A stretch of DNA of 64,000 nucleotides, taken from the NCBI GenBank assembly GCA_010015585.1, contig ML975169.1. One strand, written 5' to 3'. The stretch is from Eremomyces bilateralis CBS 781.70 (taxonomy: Eukaryota). Positions 49,712 to 60,801 of this stretch are shown piece by piece. Position numbers and translations under genes: made by a program. Within the stretch, counting starts at the first letter, position 1, and the number at the start of each line of letters is the position of its first letter. The notes under the pieces were generated by a model, which saw only the letters and a program-made list of their open reading frames with translations, did not search any database and had not been told where the DNA came from.

Positions 49712-50088
49712 GGCCATCTCACTATTTGTGCCGGTACTGGTAGTGTTATCTGATATGGAGCCCGATTGCTGGGGTCGTGGAGACTGGCGTGGGTTCCGGC
49801 ACGATATGGGCCGGGGTTATGGGGTAGAGTAGTGAGATAAGCTGCCGGAACCGGCACATCGGCCTCGAGTTGCATCGTGTAGGTAATTGCGCGCAACAGG
49901 CAAAAATTACCAGAATGCCCTAGACTAACAGACGAATAGAGTTTCGAAGTACACCCTGGACGGCAATTGATATCAATAAATCATGAGTTGTGAGTTAAGA
50001 GAGGGAAAAATCGAGTCCCAAGCTGTGCTATCATAGATGTGTTCAAGGTAAATTATCCGAATCATCTCAGCCTCAGTGGCAGTAAACG

Positions 50089-50808
50089 ATGTCCTCGGCT
50101 ATCAACCCTTCATTCCATCCAGCGTACGCAAAAGAATGCGGTGACCCGTCCCGAACGAAGCGCCTCGGCTTCGGAGCATGCCCGGCCATCTTGTTTGTCG
50201 ACGTCTGCGAAGCCTATTTCGCCCCGTCGTCACCACTGTGTCTAAGTCCCGAGACAGTCGAGCGGTCCTCGACAACCATCGCCGCCCTCCTGCGAGCCGC
50301 CCGCAAGACTGGCATCACGAATAAGGCCGGGGAGCCGGACGACCTCCCCATCATCTACGCCCAGACGCTATATACTCACCCCGATCTTCGCGATGCCGGC
50401 CTCCAAGCCCAGAAGACTGGCCACGCCTCCTTATTCTCCAGCCGAAATCCCGAGCGTCTCAGCGGTGTACCTCACAACCGGCCCGCCCTACAACCGGCGC
50501 CGAGTGACCTAGTTCTGGCAAAGAAATACCCCTCACCATTCTTCGGTACGAACTTGGCCACGCAGCTGACGGCCTTGGGGGTAGACACCCTCGTGATCGC
50601 TGGGTATATGACGAGCGGATCCGTCAGAGCCGCAGCGCTGGACGCGATGCAGGCTGGTTTCCGGGCCATGGTGGTGGCTGATGGGTGCGGTGATCGCGGC
50701 GAAGAGACGCACTGGGCGAATCTCATGGATGTCGGCGCCAAGTATGGTGATGTAGTAACACTGGAAGAGGCGGATGCTGGATTGAAGGCTGGATGGGGGC
50801 GGTCATGA
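50089..50808 (+). CDS. Isochorismatase-fold protein 2 (nucleophile position Ser instead of Cys), intronless
   Basis: RLGFGACPAILFVDVC, KKYPSPFFGTNL, GYMTSGSVRAAALDA, CGDRG, DVGAKYGDVV. Confidence 0.9.
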   Translation: MSSAINPSFHPAYAKECGDPSRTKRLGFGACPAILFVDVCEAYFAPSSPLCLSPETVERSSTTIAALLRAARKTGITNKAGEPDDLPIIYAQTLYTHPDLRDAGLQAQKTGHASLFSSRNPERLSGVPHNRPALQPAPSDLVLAKKYPSPFFGTNLATQLTALGVDTLVIAGYMTSGSVRAAALDAMQAGFRAMVVADGCGDRGEETHWANLMDVGAKYGDVVTLEEADAGLKAGWGRS

Positions 50809-50877
50809 TCCCCGTACATAGCTGCAGAGTGATAATGACCAGCCATTGAAGCTTCCTAGTTTCCATGTTTTTCCCAA

Positions 50878-53381
50878 TCATGGTCGCCATCCAGTCCAGC
50901 CTAGGTTGACATAACCTTGTACAATATCGGCAAAGTCGTTATCAAACGGTTCTCGGAGAAGTGCGGCTGTGGTCGATTCGGGGGAAGGCAGCGTCCCGAA
51001 GCCGTCTTCATGGTAGCCAGCAAATGCTTCAGAGCCGTCAATGGTCTGTTGACTAGGATGTGCGGTCCTACTATCCACCGCTGTATGGTTATGAAGGTAC
51101 GTCCCGTGCGCGGCCGCATCGCTGAGAAGACGCAAATTATCGGTGTAGTTATGTGGTCCCTGGAAGCCATCATGGGCTGGCTGTTGAGTTGTATCATTGA
51201 CTTCTCCGTACATATTTGCCGTCGATCCATGGCGTCTGGGAGCCGTCTCATGGTGAATATTGTGATCCATCTCTGGCGGCTGCTCGTTTCTCTGGGCCTG
51301 CGGCGATCGAGTGGCATCGGGTGAGTGGCCGACCGATGCAGAAAGGAGTGCCTCATGCGTTGAGACCTCATTCAGCAACGGGCTGCCCTGAGAAGGTGGC
51401 CGATTGATGACTTTGCGGAGGATGTCCACCCACTCCGAAGCCGTCGGCCACTTGTCCTCAAACGTGGAGAGCACCTCGAGCGACCGGTGAACTATCTTGG
51501 CCGCCGAGGAGGCGACGCTGGGGCAGAGCCGCGGCCACTTGTACACGTAGCAGGCCAGGGAGCCGCAGATATAGGTACAAAAGGCCAGCATAGCGGGGAA
51601 TCCGTCATCGGCGGAGCGCAGGCAGAACCACACATCGATGGCCTCATAAAGGTCGGCAACGTTGGTGAAGAGCTCATGGGACATTTGCTCCCAGAATTTT
51701 GCCAGCGCCGGGTCGGATCGGCTTGGTGACGGGAGCAGCTGAGCGACGATGCTCTTGAGGTAGGTCCGTCGGAGAACAATGTTGTTTAGCCGCGTGATAG
51801 TTATTATGGACAGGTATGCAAGGTCGACGTGCTCGGCCTTGTAGCCCCTTAGGTTCCAGGCAGACCACCTATGCTGCACCGGGATGTTATCCTCCCAGTC
51901 CCGGAGAGTTTCCGAGATCCGCTGGTAGTGGCAGTTCGGCTCCCACGGGTTCGAGTCCAAGGTAGGCGAGTCGTGAGTATCGCCGTAGGCATCTCGTGCA
52001 ATCATACCCCAAAGGTCGTGCGCTTGGATGAGGGTCGCAAAGAGAGACCTGGTAGGAAGTGAGGTCAGAGAGCGTTTGCGCTGCGCTGGTGATGTTCCCT
52101 CTAGTGCAGCCCGCTCAGGGGGCACTCGGCCAAATGCAAAGTCATTCTCCTCACCGGGTAGAAGCGTGGTGATGTCTGATTTGGCAAACGAAACGGGCAG
52201 ATGTTGTTGTGTGTATAGGTTGTCGTGGTTCTGGATGACCCAAAATGTTCTCCTCGCGCGCTCTTTGTTGACAACTTCGTCTGCGGATGCCCCCTGTGGG
52301 AGAATATATGTTTCTTCACGATGGAGGCGTAGTAACCCAGCCATTCTGACGGCAATTCCCATGTTGATGGCGCTCCTCTCGCGGTCAGCTCTGCCCCAGT
52401 CCGCCATGCCAAGTAAGAAGAATGCCTGTGTGTTCTCTAGACTGGGCTTCCACATCTCATCGGCGATCATGACATGGGCAATGTCAATGAAGAACTCAGA
52501 TGCTCCTTGGCTGCTACCGAACCGTTGGCAGAGCTCCGGGGCAAAACGAGCCGAGATGCCGAGCATGCTCAAAAGAAGAAAGGCATTGACGGAGTCCCTG
52601 TCGTTCGTCATCTGCTCTAGGAAGAGAGCTTTGGGGATGAAGCCTATCCCGCGGTTAGCACTGTGTCGGGTTAGAAGTTTGCTCGCCTGTGCACATACCG
52701 ACTTGAAGGCAAGTTGTCAAGAAGACACGGCAGCCTTGCATTAGCTCTTCGTGGGGTGGAAGTAGGTTCCAGATATCGGTGGCAGAGTAGATCTCCACTT
52801 TCCGAGCTACAGATGGCGAGAGTAGGTTCTGAACCCTAGTGATGGAGTCACTGTTCGTGCTGTAAGTCCCAAGGTCGCCACGCCAAACTTTCGGTGATGG
52901 AATACCTTGTGAAGGTCATTGGCGCCTCATTCGATCTGAAAAAGGGCTCATCAGCGTTGTCGCCAGACATGAAGAGTACTAACCATACACTGTCGATCCA
53001 TTGCTTACCATAGACCCCGGTTCTTGAGGACTTGTGCGTTTGATACGAAACTAGCGACGTAAGCCTTTAATAGGAAATAGCATGTCTGTAAATAAAGAAT
53101 ATCTTACCTTTCTATCCACAGTATCACCTCTGACAGCAAGAGCGCTTGTTGTCTGTCATCAGTCTACTACCTTCTTGAAGGTGTACAATACTCACCACGA
53201 CTTGGTATCTTCTGGCCCTGCTCGACGACATGGAATACAGGGAATGCGGCCTTCATGCTGCACACATTTCATCCGCAGACGACGGCATCTGTATGGAATG
53301 AGTAATGATCGTTAGAGTATGGGGACAAGGTAAGAACCTCCTACAGGCAACCGCCGACCTCTTTGGGCGCGGCATCTCCAT
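50878..53381 (-). CDS. Zn(II)2Cys6 transcription factor with fungal-specific TF middle domain; multi-exon
   Basis: Spliced N-terminus RSAVACRRCRRLRMKCVQHEGRIPCIPCRRAG...C; PSLENTQAFFLL, MGIAVRMAGLLRLHRE, ERARRTFW. Confidence 0.9.
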
Positions 53382-54137
53382 TTCCTGGGACGGGGTGAGC
53401 TGACTGTTACCAGTTGGACGGTCCATGTGTGCTTGTATCAATGGAACGTTTGCCTTGTGCTACAAAGAGGACTGTGAATATGTGGACTGAACTCGGAAGT
53501 CGTTCGAAGTTTGGCAGCCCCGGACCGGTGCCTGCACTCAACACCACTACTAGAGATTGGACTTTTGCAAGACCTGTCGCAAGATGCCCCTGTTGGTTTC
53601 TACTGCCCTAACATCCCTTTCACTGCCTATTACCCCTAGGCTAAGCCTATTTCGGACTGCTTAGTCTCTTCCCATGTATTTAGTTATCTTCAACTGTTTG
53701 GCCAGCTAGATCTCCTTTTGGGAGAGACAATGGGAATCGTCAAGACCAACTTGCGTTGTGACTCTGCAGCAACTGAGCTTAAGCAGCGAACGTGGTTAAT
53801 CATCACCCACGCGAAATGCGACAAGACCTCCCTCAATACACTCTCTATGTCAGTATTCTAGGCCTTATCTGACTCGACACTATTTAACACTCCACCGTGA
53901 GCGGGTCAGAGTTGTGTGGGCCTATGGTAGCATGGTTTAGATAGTGGGTCTTTGTCAACCTGGTTGGCTATGATAGGCCATTACCATATTAGCACCCTTC
54001 TTATCTCCTCCCTCCTAGGGTAGGGAACCCATCAACAATAACAATCTGGGGAGAATTATGGACACCCTACTACGTAGTACTCCGTACAGCTGGTTCTTTG
54101 CTAGATGCTGGTATTCTGGCCCTACAACCTCCAGTGC

Positions 54138-55897
54138 CTACGCTGATCCTTGTCCCAGCGCCGGAAGTCCCATCGCCGCCAGCTTGGTGTTCACCTCATC
54201 TAGATGGTCCATGAAATGGCCTTGGAGATTGTCCCAGAACTCGCCTTCATACCCGGGGATTTCTGTGATAATTCAAGTCAGAGGGTTTGTGGCCAAGTAA
54301 TTGAATTGAGGGATTTTGGCTTACGCTTGATGGTCGGGTTCCTCTCCAAGGCAAACTTGGTCAGACTAAAGTGGTTGTTTAGGTGGAACATGAAGCCTAT
54401 TCACAAAAGTTAACATTGGCATCCGTGTACCATTCGTAGAGACAACGAATCACTCACTTAAAGCATCCTTGCCGGCGACCTCATGTTCCAACTGCTTCGT
54501 CGTCGCTTCTTTCCACGCCCCGTAGGCATCCCCATGTGGCATGTACGAATTCTCGCAGCTCAGACAGCCCTCCTGCACGTCACGCACAGACCCGTGGTAC
54601 TCGCCATAGATCATGCCGAGCATCTCGGTCGACATGTTGCGATGGTAGTAGGGCGGCCGGTACGTGTCGAGCGCCGTGATATGCTTGGCCGTGTACACGG
54701 CGAATTCTGACAGCGCCACCTTGGGCGTCTTGGACTTGGCGATGAGGACGGTGTAGATGGTCGGGTCGCACTGCTCCTTCATCGCGCAGGCGAGCGGCAC
54801 GAACTTCTCCATGGCGTACTTGAAGGGCACGTAGCTGCCGTGCCATGCCACCACGTCAAAGGGTGTGTGGTTCTGCTTGTACGCGAAGAGCTGGCCCGCG
54901 AGTTTGTATGTGACTATCAACGGCATTAGTTTTCAGATTGGGATACTTCGGGTGCAGATTTCTTACTCTCCCACTTGGACTGGTCCATGTCAAATGAAGC
55001 TACGGGGTACTCGAAGTCGCGAGGATGCGCCAGGCCATTAGAGCCGATTACACCGAGGTCGGGAAGCTCGAAATGGGAGCCAAACACCTCGTGCACATAT
55101 CCTCTCGAGGGACCGTCAGGTAGCGACACCTTCCACCGAAGTCCAGCCTGGATGACACACAGCTCACCCGGCCTGACCATAAGCCTACCTAGCTCAGTCT
55201 GGATTTCGAGTCGGCCGACCTGCGGCAAGATCAAGAAGTCGCCGTCGTTATTGCAGAACGCCTTCTTCTCCATCGAAGCGTTGCACGAGTACAGGTGCAT
55301 TGCCAAGCCCTCTTTTAGCGTCGGATCGCCCCAGCCGCCTATCGTCTTGAGTCCGTGGATGAAAGTCACCTGGTCCTCCTCCTCGGGGTACTCTAGGGGA
55401 CCCCATTCGTATGTGAGAGGGGTAAACTGGACGTTCGGGTTCTGCGGGGAGAAGCATGCTTCAAGCTGGGGCTGGTCAGCCAAGATGCTCTCGCGGGAAG
55501 TGAGGGCGTATTGGACTTAAATCGGGGCTTGCTGGCATGGGTCGGGGCCGCGCGTGTGCAACGGCGGGCCGTATGCGGTACATCCAGACATGTTGGAGTG
55601 TGTCGCGGTACGATGCAAATGGAGTCCCGTTAAGCTGTTCTGAGTATAGGTCATATGGGCATCGCTGCGGCACGTTCCGTCCAGGCTCTGGAAGGGCATC
55701 TGGTCTTTCATGGCGTAAGTCAAATCCGGTTCTGCGAATGGTTCTTCAACTCACACAGCTTCTGAGGAGAAGTAGTTACCAAAGCCGAGCTGGTATCTGT
55801 ACGGGTCATTCTCTTTCGGCGGAGTTGTTCGCGACCCAGCGGCAGATGCACCGAAGGTCTTGGGTACCGATGGCGTCAAGATGGAGGCGTCACCCAT
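54138..55897 (-). CDS. Homogentisate 1,2-dioxygenase-like (HgmA-fold) ring-cleavage dioxygenase, divergent; multi-exon
   Basis: DPYRYQLGFGNYFSSEA, PQRCPYDLYSEQLNGT, WMYRIRP, NNDGDFLILPQ, FELPDLGVIGSNGLAHPRDF, PFDVVAWHG, RPPYYHRN..E and PHG iron-ligand motifs. Confidence 0.92.
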
Positions 55898-56116
55898 TTT
55901 GGCTATGACACAAAGCTCAACAAGCAAGAATCAGAAAGAAGACTGCTGCTCAAAAGATGTCTTGAATTTGTGCGTGTCAAACCCCTCAAATCTAGCTTTT
56001 ATCTGATCAAAATCCAAGCACGTGGCGGCCGCGACAGAAAGGTAGCTTGTCCTGCGCTCACTTACATGACAATTGTCACCATGTGTTGATTGATGGTTTA
56101 TGCCCGCTCGTATCCT

Positions 56117-56135
56117 GCCGGCCGGCCGGCCGGCC
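56117..56135. promoter_or_regulatory. (CCGG)4 tract in the divergent dioxygenase/P450 promoter; candidate Zn2Cys6 site
   Basis: GCCGGCCGGCCGGCCGGCC, with the same core as 44964-44980. Confidence 0.55.
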
Positions 56136-56492
56136 CCATCGGCTTGGACGGGCCCAATGCTCTGATTCTGTCCTATCTACAACGTAATAATACACGCAGC
56201 AGCGGCAAGCAACTCCCCTATCAGACTCCACTCTGCTCTGGCGGCCCGGACCGGGACGTGCACGCCGATAGACCGAGAGGCGGCGAGATGATGGGCCTCA
56301 ATGGTCCCTACATGTCGATTTCATGTCGACCTAGCCCCGAGATCACGGATAATCGGAGGAATCTGAAGGAGCGAGTAGCGAATCAATGTTATCATATCTC
56401 TAAGTTCGCGGCTCTATAGCATCTACTTTCTGTCTCACTTCCGAGATGCCTCCTCACAAACACTTTAACTGCACAATTAGCGGTTCGACACC

Positions 56493-58469
56493 ATGGCTAT
56501 TACTTTGAGTAACGATCAACTTCCCGCCTTTGCTCAATCGCCTATACGAGTGGGTGCAATACTCCTCGTGCTAGGTGTTGTTCTTTACCAGATCCTAAAG
56601 AGGTCTTTCAAGAGATACCCATGTCCCCTACCGCCGTCACCACCGGCAGAGCCGCTCTTGGGCCATTTCCGAACATTGCCCCCCGAGAATGCGCACCTCA
56701 AGCACATGGAATATGCCAAACGATTCAGTGGGTGACATTTGGAAACATTTATCATACGGCGGCTAAGACCAACCCAGATTCGGACATTGTTTACTTCAAT
56801 GTTTTGGGCAACCACACCATTGTCTTGAATAGCCAGAAGGTTGCCAATGAAATCCTCGACAAGCGAGGCGCCAACTATCAGGACCGGCCTGGCTTCGTCC
56901 TCTTTGATGTCATGGGATGGGGTCTCACCCTGACCTTTATGCCGTATGGCCCGCGCTTCAAGCTTCACCGCTCGGCGCTGCAGCATGGCTTCACCAAGAC
57001 GGCTATCGTCAATTATCGGCCCATCCAAGAAGACGAGGCGAGACAGGCCATAGCCCGGATTCTGAAGCGACCCACGGAGTGGGATTTCTCTCTACGGAGG
57101 TAATCAAAGCCCATATTATGGCAACCGGCACGGAGTAATAACACTGTCTAGGTTCGCATCTGCCATCGTCTTGCGCATCGGGTTTGGCGTCACTGTGCGG
57201 TCTGACGATGACCCGTACATCAAGATTGCCATCGACGCAAACATGGCGACGGCAAAGGGTGGAAACCCGGGAGCTGCCCTCGTTGACTACATGCCCCCGT
57301 GTAAGCAGGTCACGGCGAAGCCGCCCCAGTCGATCAGCACCTCTGACTAGAACGTCGCAGTCCGCTTCATTCCCGAGTTTCTCAATTTCTCGGGCACTCT
57401 ACAGCACGCCCGAAAATGGCGATGGGCCATCAAAAACCTCCATGATATCCCCTTTGCAGCTATTAAGAAGGAGTTTGTGAGTTGGTCGCGAGATGCACAC
57501 AGAAGAGCTGGTTTGACCCAAGGTCTAGGACGAGGGAACTGCGAACCCATCATTTGCTTACTCACTCCTGAGCAAATACACGCAAAATGAGGAGAAGGGA
57601 ATCCCCAATCAGCTTGAAATGAAGGACATCCAAGGAGCTTCCGGATCCGTGTTCATCGCTGGATCAAACACCGTAAGTACACGGTCCATACATTTAGCAA
57701 CGTGTGAACTAATCGACGCCCAGACTTTGGCCACGACAACCGTTGCCCTTCTCAACATCATGCGAAACCCTGAGGTATTCATGAAGGCGAGGGCGGAACT
57801 CGACCGCGTGGTTGGTGAAGACCGACTCCCAAGCCTGGCCGACCGCCCCAACCTGAGGTATCTTGACTATGTGGTTGAAGAGACCACTCGATGGCGGCCG
57901 CTATCACCTATCGGTATCCCGCATAAGTCCCTGAAAGATGACACCTACAATGGGATGTTCATCCCGGCAGGGTAGGTGAACAGCCGATGGTGTGGTGGTG
58001 ATGAGTCCCCGACTGACGCTTGCTATGACAGAACATTCGTCTACTACAACACGTACGCCATGAGCCGCGACGAGAATGTTTACAAGAACCCTGAAATCTT
58101 CAACCCTGATAGATACACGCCAAAGGAAGAGGGCGGCGATGGGGAGCCCTTCCTCGTCGGTCCATTCGGATTCGGCCGCAGGTAAGACAACATCGACCGC
58201 GCCAATACGGTTTTCTCCTTACTAACATCAGCATTAGGATCTGTGTTGGACGGCATCTCGCCCAGGCGTCCGTATGGATCGCTGTTGCAACTATGATTGC
58301 AACGACGGACATCTCGAAGCCTGTAAGTCCAGACGGAAGGCCGATTGATCAGCCGATCGTGTTTAGCACCGGGTTGTCGAGCCATCCTGGAAAGTTTGAT
58401 GTCAATTTCCAGCCGAGGTCTGAGAAAGCTACTAGGCTGCTTGCTCAGGCTGTCGGTGATGCCCAATGA
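56493..58469 (+). CDS. Cytochrome P450 monooxygenase (OrdA/CYP64-like clan by appearance); multi-exon
   Basis: N-terminal TM helix, PPSPP hinge, AGSNT I-helix, EETTRW (ExxR), FNPDRY and the FGFGRRICVG heme motif split by an intron. Confidence 0.95.
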
Positions 58470-58858
58470 GCTCATGATTTGGTGATGTTGATGCAGGGTA
58501 GGGAATGAGAAGTGAATCGGCGCTGGAGAAGTCAGAGAATATTCCTGCGACCGCCGGCCTTGGGTACATGCTCATATATTGGCAGAAAAGGTGTAAATAA
58601 ACAGTTGAAGTCAGTCGATACGAATAGAACGTGAAGTGCAAGCTCTCCCATCGATGTCTGCCATTGAACCCAACTGTGGAAGTGACTTGCGCAAATTCAT
58701 AACTGTCTTCTGCATCCCAACTAGGCATGCCTGCAGCATAAGAGCAGCGAGGCTTTAAGCCCGATTCGTAGTCGCCTATTGAAACCCGGATGGCCTGCAT
58801 ATGCTAATGTCTCAGAGCTTCAAGTCGCTCAGGGGACGATCAATACGGTCTCCCGCTC

Positions 58859-59554
58859 GTGTGTCTGAATTTCCCACCACACACCCCTCCGCTTCTCCGA
58901 GACGGGGGGCTCTCGGCCCTCCGACTCTTAACCCTCAATCTCGACGCGGACTTCAGTGACGAAGAGTTCAAATGGTCTTCTTTGCCCTCCCGTCGGTCCG
59001 TTGAGCAATTGCTCCCACGTTTCCTTGAGCTCATCCCTCAGCTGGAAAGGCTGGGATTCAGCTGTCCAGATCTGATCCTAGACTCGTACTGGTTACTAGA
59101 AGAGCTCGCCACAGTCCATTTTCCCTGTTTGAAAGCGATCAACTTGTGGCGTCTAGTTATGGGGCCGGAGACTTTATTATCGATGCTACGCACCTACCGG
59201 GCCACGCTGCGCGAACTTGATCTATATGAGTGTTCCCTCGGCGATCCAGATGCTGATAACGACGATGGTGGTGGTGATGGTGACGGTGACGGTGATGAAG
59301 AAGCTGACCCAAACATATGGCGGTCCCTGTTACACGGTCTGTTAGACCTCAAATTGGAATGTCTTTCCGTTTCCCGACCGTTGCTGCAGATGGTGGGCGA
59401 CGTTCGATTCCGGTCGGTTAAAGGGGAGGAGTATCAAGAGCTGGCAGGGGAAACCCCCGAAGCCGTCCAAGAGGAGATCAACCGGGTCGACGCCATTCTT
59501 GTAGGTCGGAGGGCGGGGGAAGGACCATGGTCACCGCAACCTGATGAGAGCTAG
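58859..59554 (+). pseudogene. Leu-rich (RNI/LRR, F-box-associated-like) C-terminal fragment without a clear start
   Basis: LSALRLLTLNL, IPQLERLGFS, FPCLKAINLW, TLRELDLYEC repeats. No ATG-initiated N-terminus and little room after the P450 stop. Confidence 0.5.
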
Positions 59555-59958
59555 TGACGGGGTGTTACGTCGAGGGGTAGACCTCATTGGGGACGAGTAT
59601 TTGACAGGATCGTACAAGAGGTACCAGCAGTCTCAACAGAAGAAGATATCAATTCATAACTCGCGCTAGTTGAGAGTAACTTTATTGGGTTCATAAGAAG
59701 TCGAATCACGATGCATTATTGGCCTCCTATTCCTCCAGACCTCCCATACTCCTAGATAGATCAATCAATCACATATTCATACTTCTACAAAATGATGATC
59801 CAAGGTCTGTAGAGCTTGTAAAAAGAGGGAGAGAACAAGAGACGAAAGGCACCATCTCCTCCATGTATCTGCCGGTTGCCATCTCTTGCTCCAGCGCTGT
59901 AATACAGACGACAGTCCATTGTCGAGAATCGCTGTGTCAACTATATTAGTTAATAGCT

Positions 59959-60801
59959 CTACAGCATAAGCATGGCGGTTCCAATCACTCCAAAAAGCAC
60001 GATTGGTAGAAAGAAAGAATCCCTCCAAAGATATGCCCCAGTTATCGCCGCGCTTCCTGTCGCAGGAGGGCCGTCCGGTGTCCCCGTCGTGACTACGGAT
60101 TGCGTCGCTGAAGTCGTTTCACCTGTTGTAGAGATTCCAACTTTTGTAGGCGTAGGTAGCTGCGCTGATATGCTACTTATACGAACATCGTCCAGTGCAA
60201 CGGCACACGGGTTGGCGGGGCCACCCACCGCGTCGCCAAAATGCGGGCAGCCTGTCAAGTTGGCCTCGATTCCAAAGACACCAGCCGCGATCGGACACTC
60301 GCCACCCCCTTGGATAGCTGGAGGAATGCCAGAGCCCGTAGTAGTAAAGTTAGAGCGGCCCTCACCAAAGACATAGCCTGCGCTAATTCTGAATCGATTG
60401 CCTTCATCCGTGCAGTTGGTGGCCAGTTTCAGCTCCCAGGCCAGCGTCCAAGTGGTAACAGGGTCTCGCCAGTTTCCGTCGATCCTAGTGGAGTTAACGA
60501 TGATAAACGGGTCCGATGGCGGCGGGCTGGGGTTTGCTAGAGAAGGCCCCCCCGCCCCCGCCCTGCCGAAGTCCTTCAGGCCAATGTCGTTGTGTAGCTC
60601 CCAGCTAAATGTGAACCCAAAGTCCCAAGCCACTTTTGCATTTTGAATCGCGAATATAAGCGGGAACGGCGACTGATAGAGGTATGTTGTGTTCGGTCGC
60701 GGAAGCACTATGTCAACTTCGATATCGGTAGGGAAAGTGACCATGTCTTGAGCTAGTGCGACGGTCACTAGTAGTGCCGCAGAAAAGAATAAAGACTTCA
60801 T
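59959..60801 (-). CDS. Secreted, probably GPI-anchored Cys-containing protein (DUF7136-like)
   Basis: Signal peptide MKSLFFSAALLVTVALA, EVDIVLPRPNTTY..FPLIFAIQN, ANPCAV, Thr-rich stalk and hydrophobic C-terminus. Confidence 0.75.
   Translation of the reverse strand: MKSLFFSAALLVTVALAQDMVTFPTDIEVDIVLPRPNTTYLYQSPFPLIFAIQNAKVAWDFGFTFSWELHNDIGLKDFGRAGAGGPSLANPSPPPSDPFIIVNSTRIDGNWRDPVTTWTLAWELKLATNCTDEGNRFRISAGYVFGEGRSNFTTTGSGIPPAIQGGGECPIAAGVFGIEANLTGCPHFGDAVGGPANPCAVALDDVRISSISAQLPTPTKVGISTTGETTSATQSVVTTGTPDGPPATGSAAITGAYLWRDSFFLPIVLFGVIGTAMLML

Noticed and set aside
43007..58469. Secondary-metabolite biosynthetic cluster or canonical tyrosine/pyomelanin cluster
   Set aside because: There is no PKS, NRPS or terpene backbone gene, and no hppD, fahA or maiA; the enzyme set looks catabolic.
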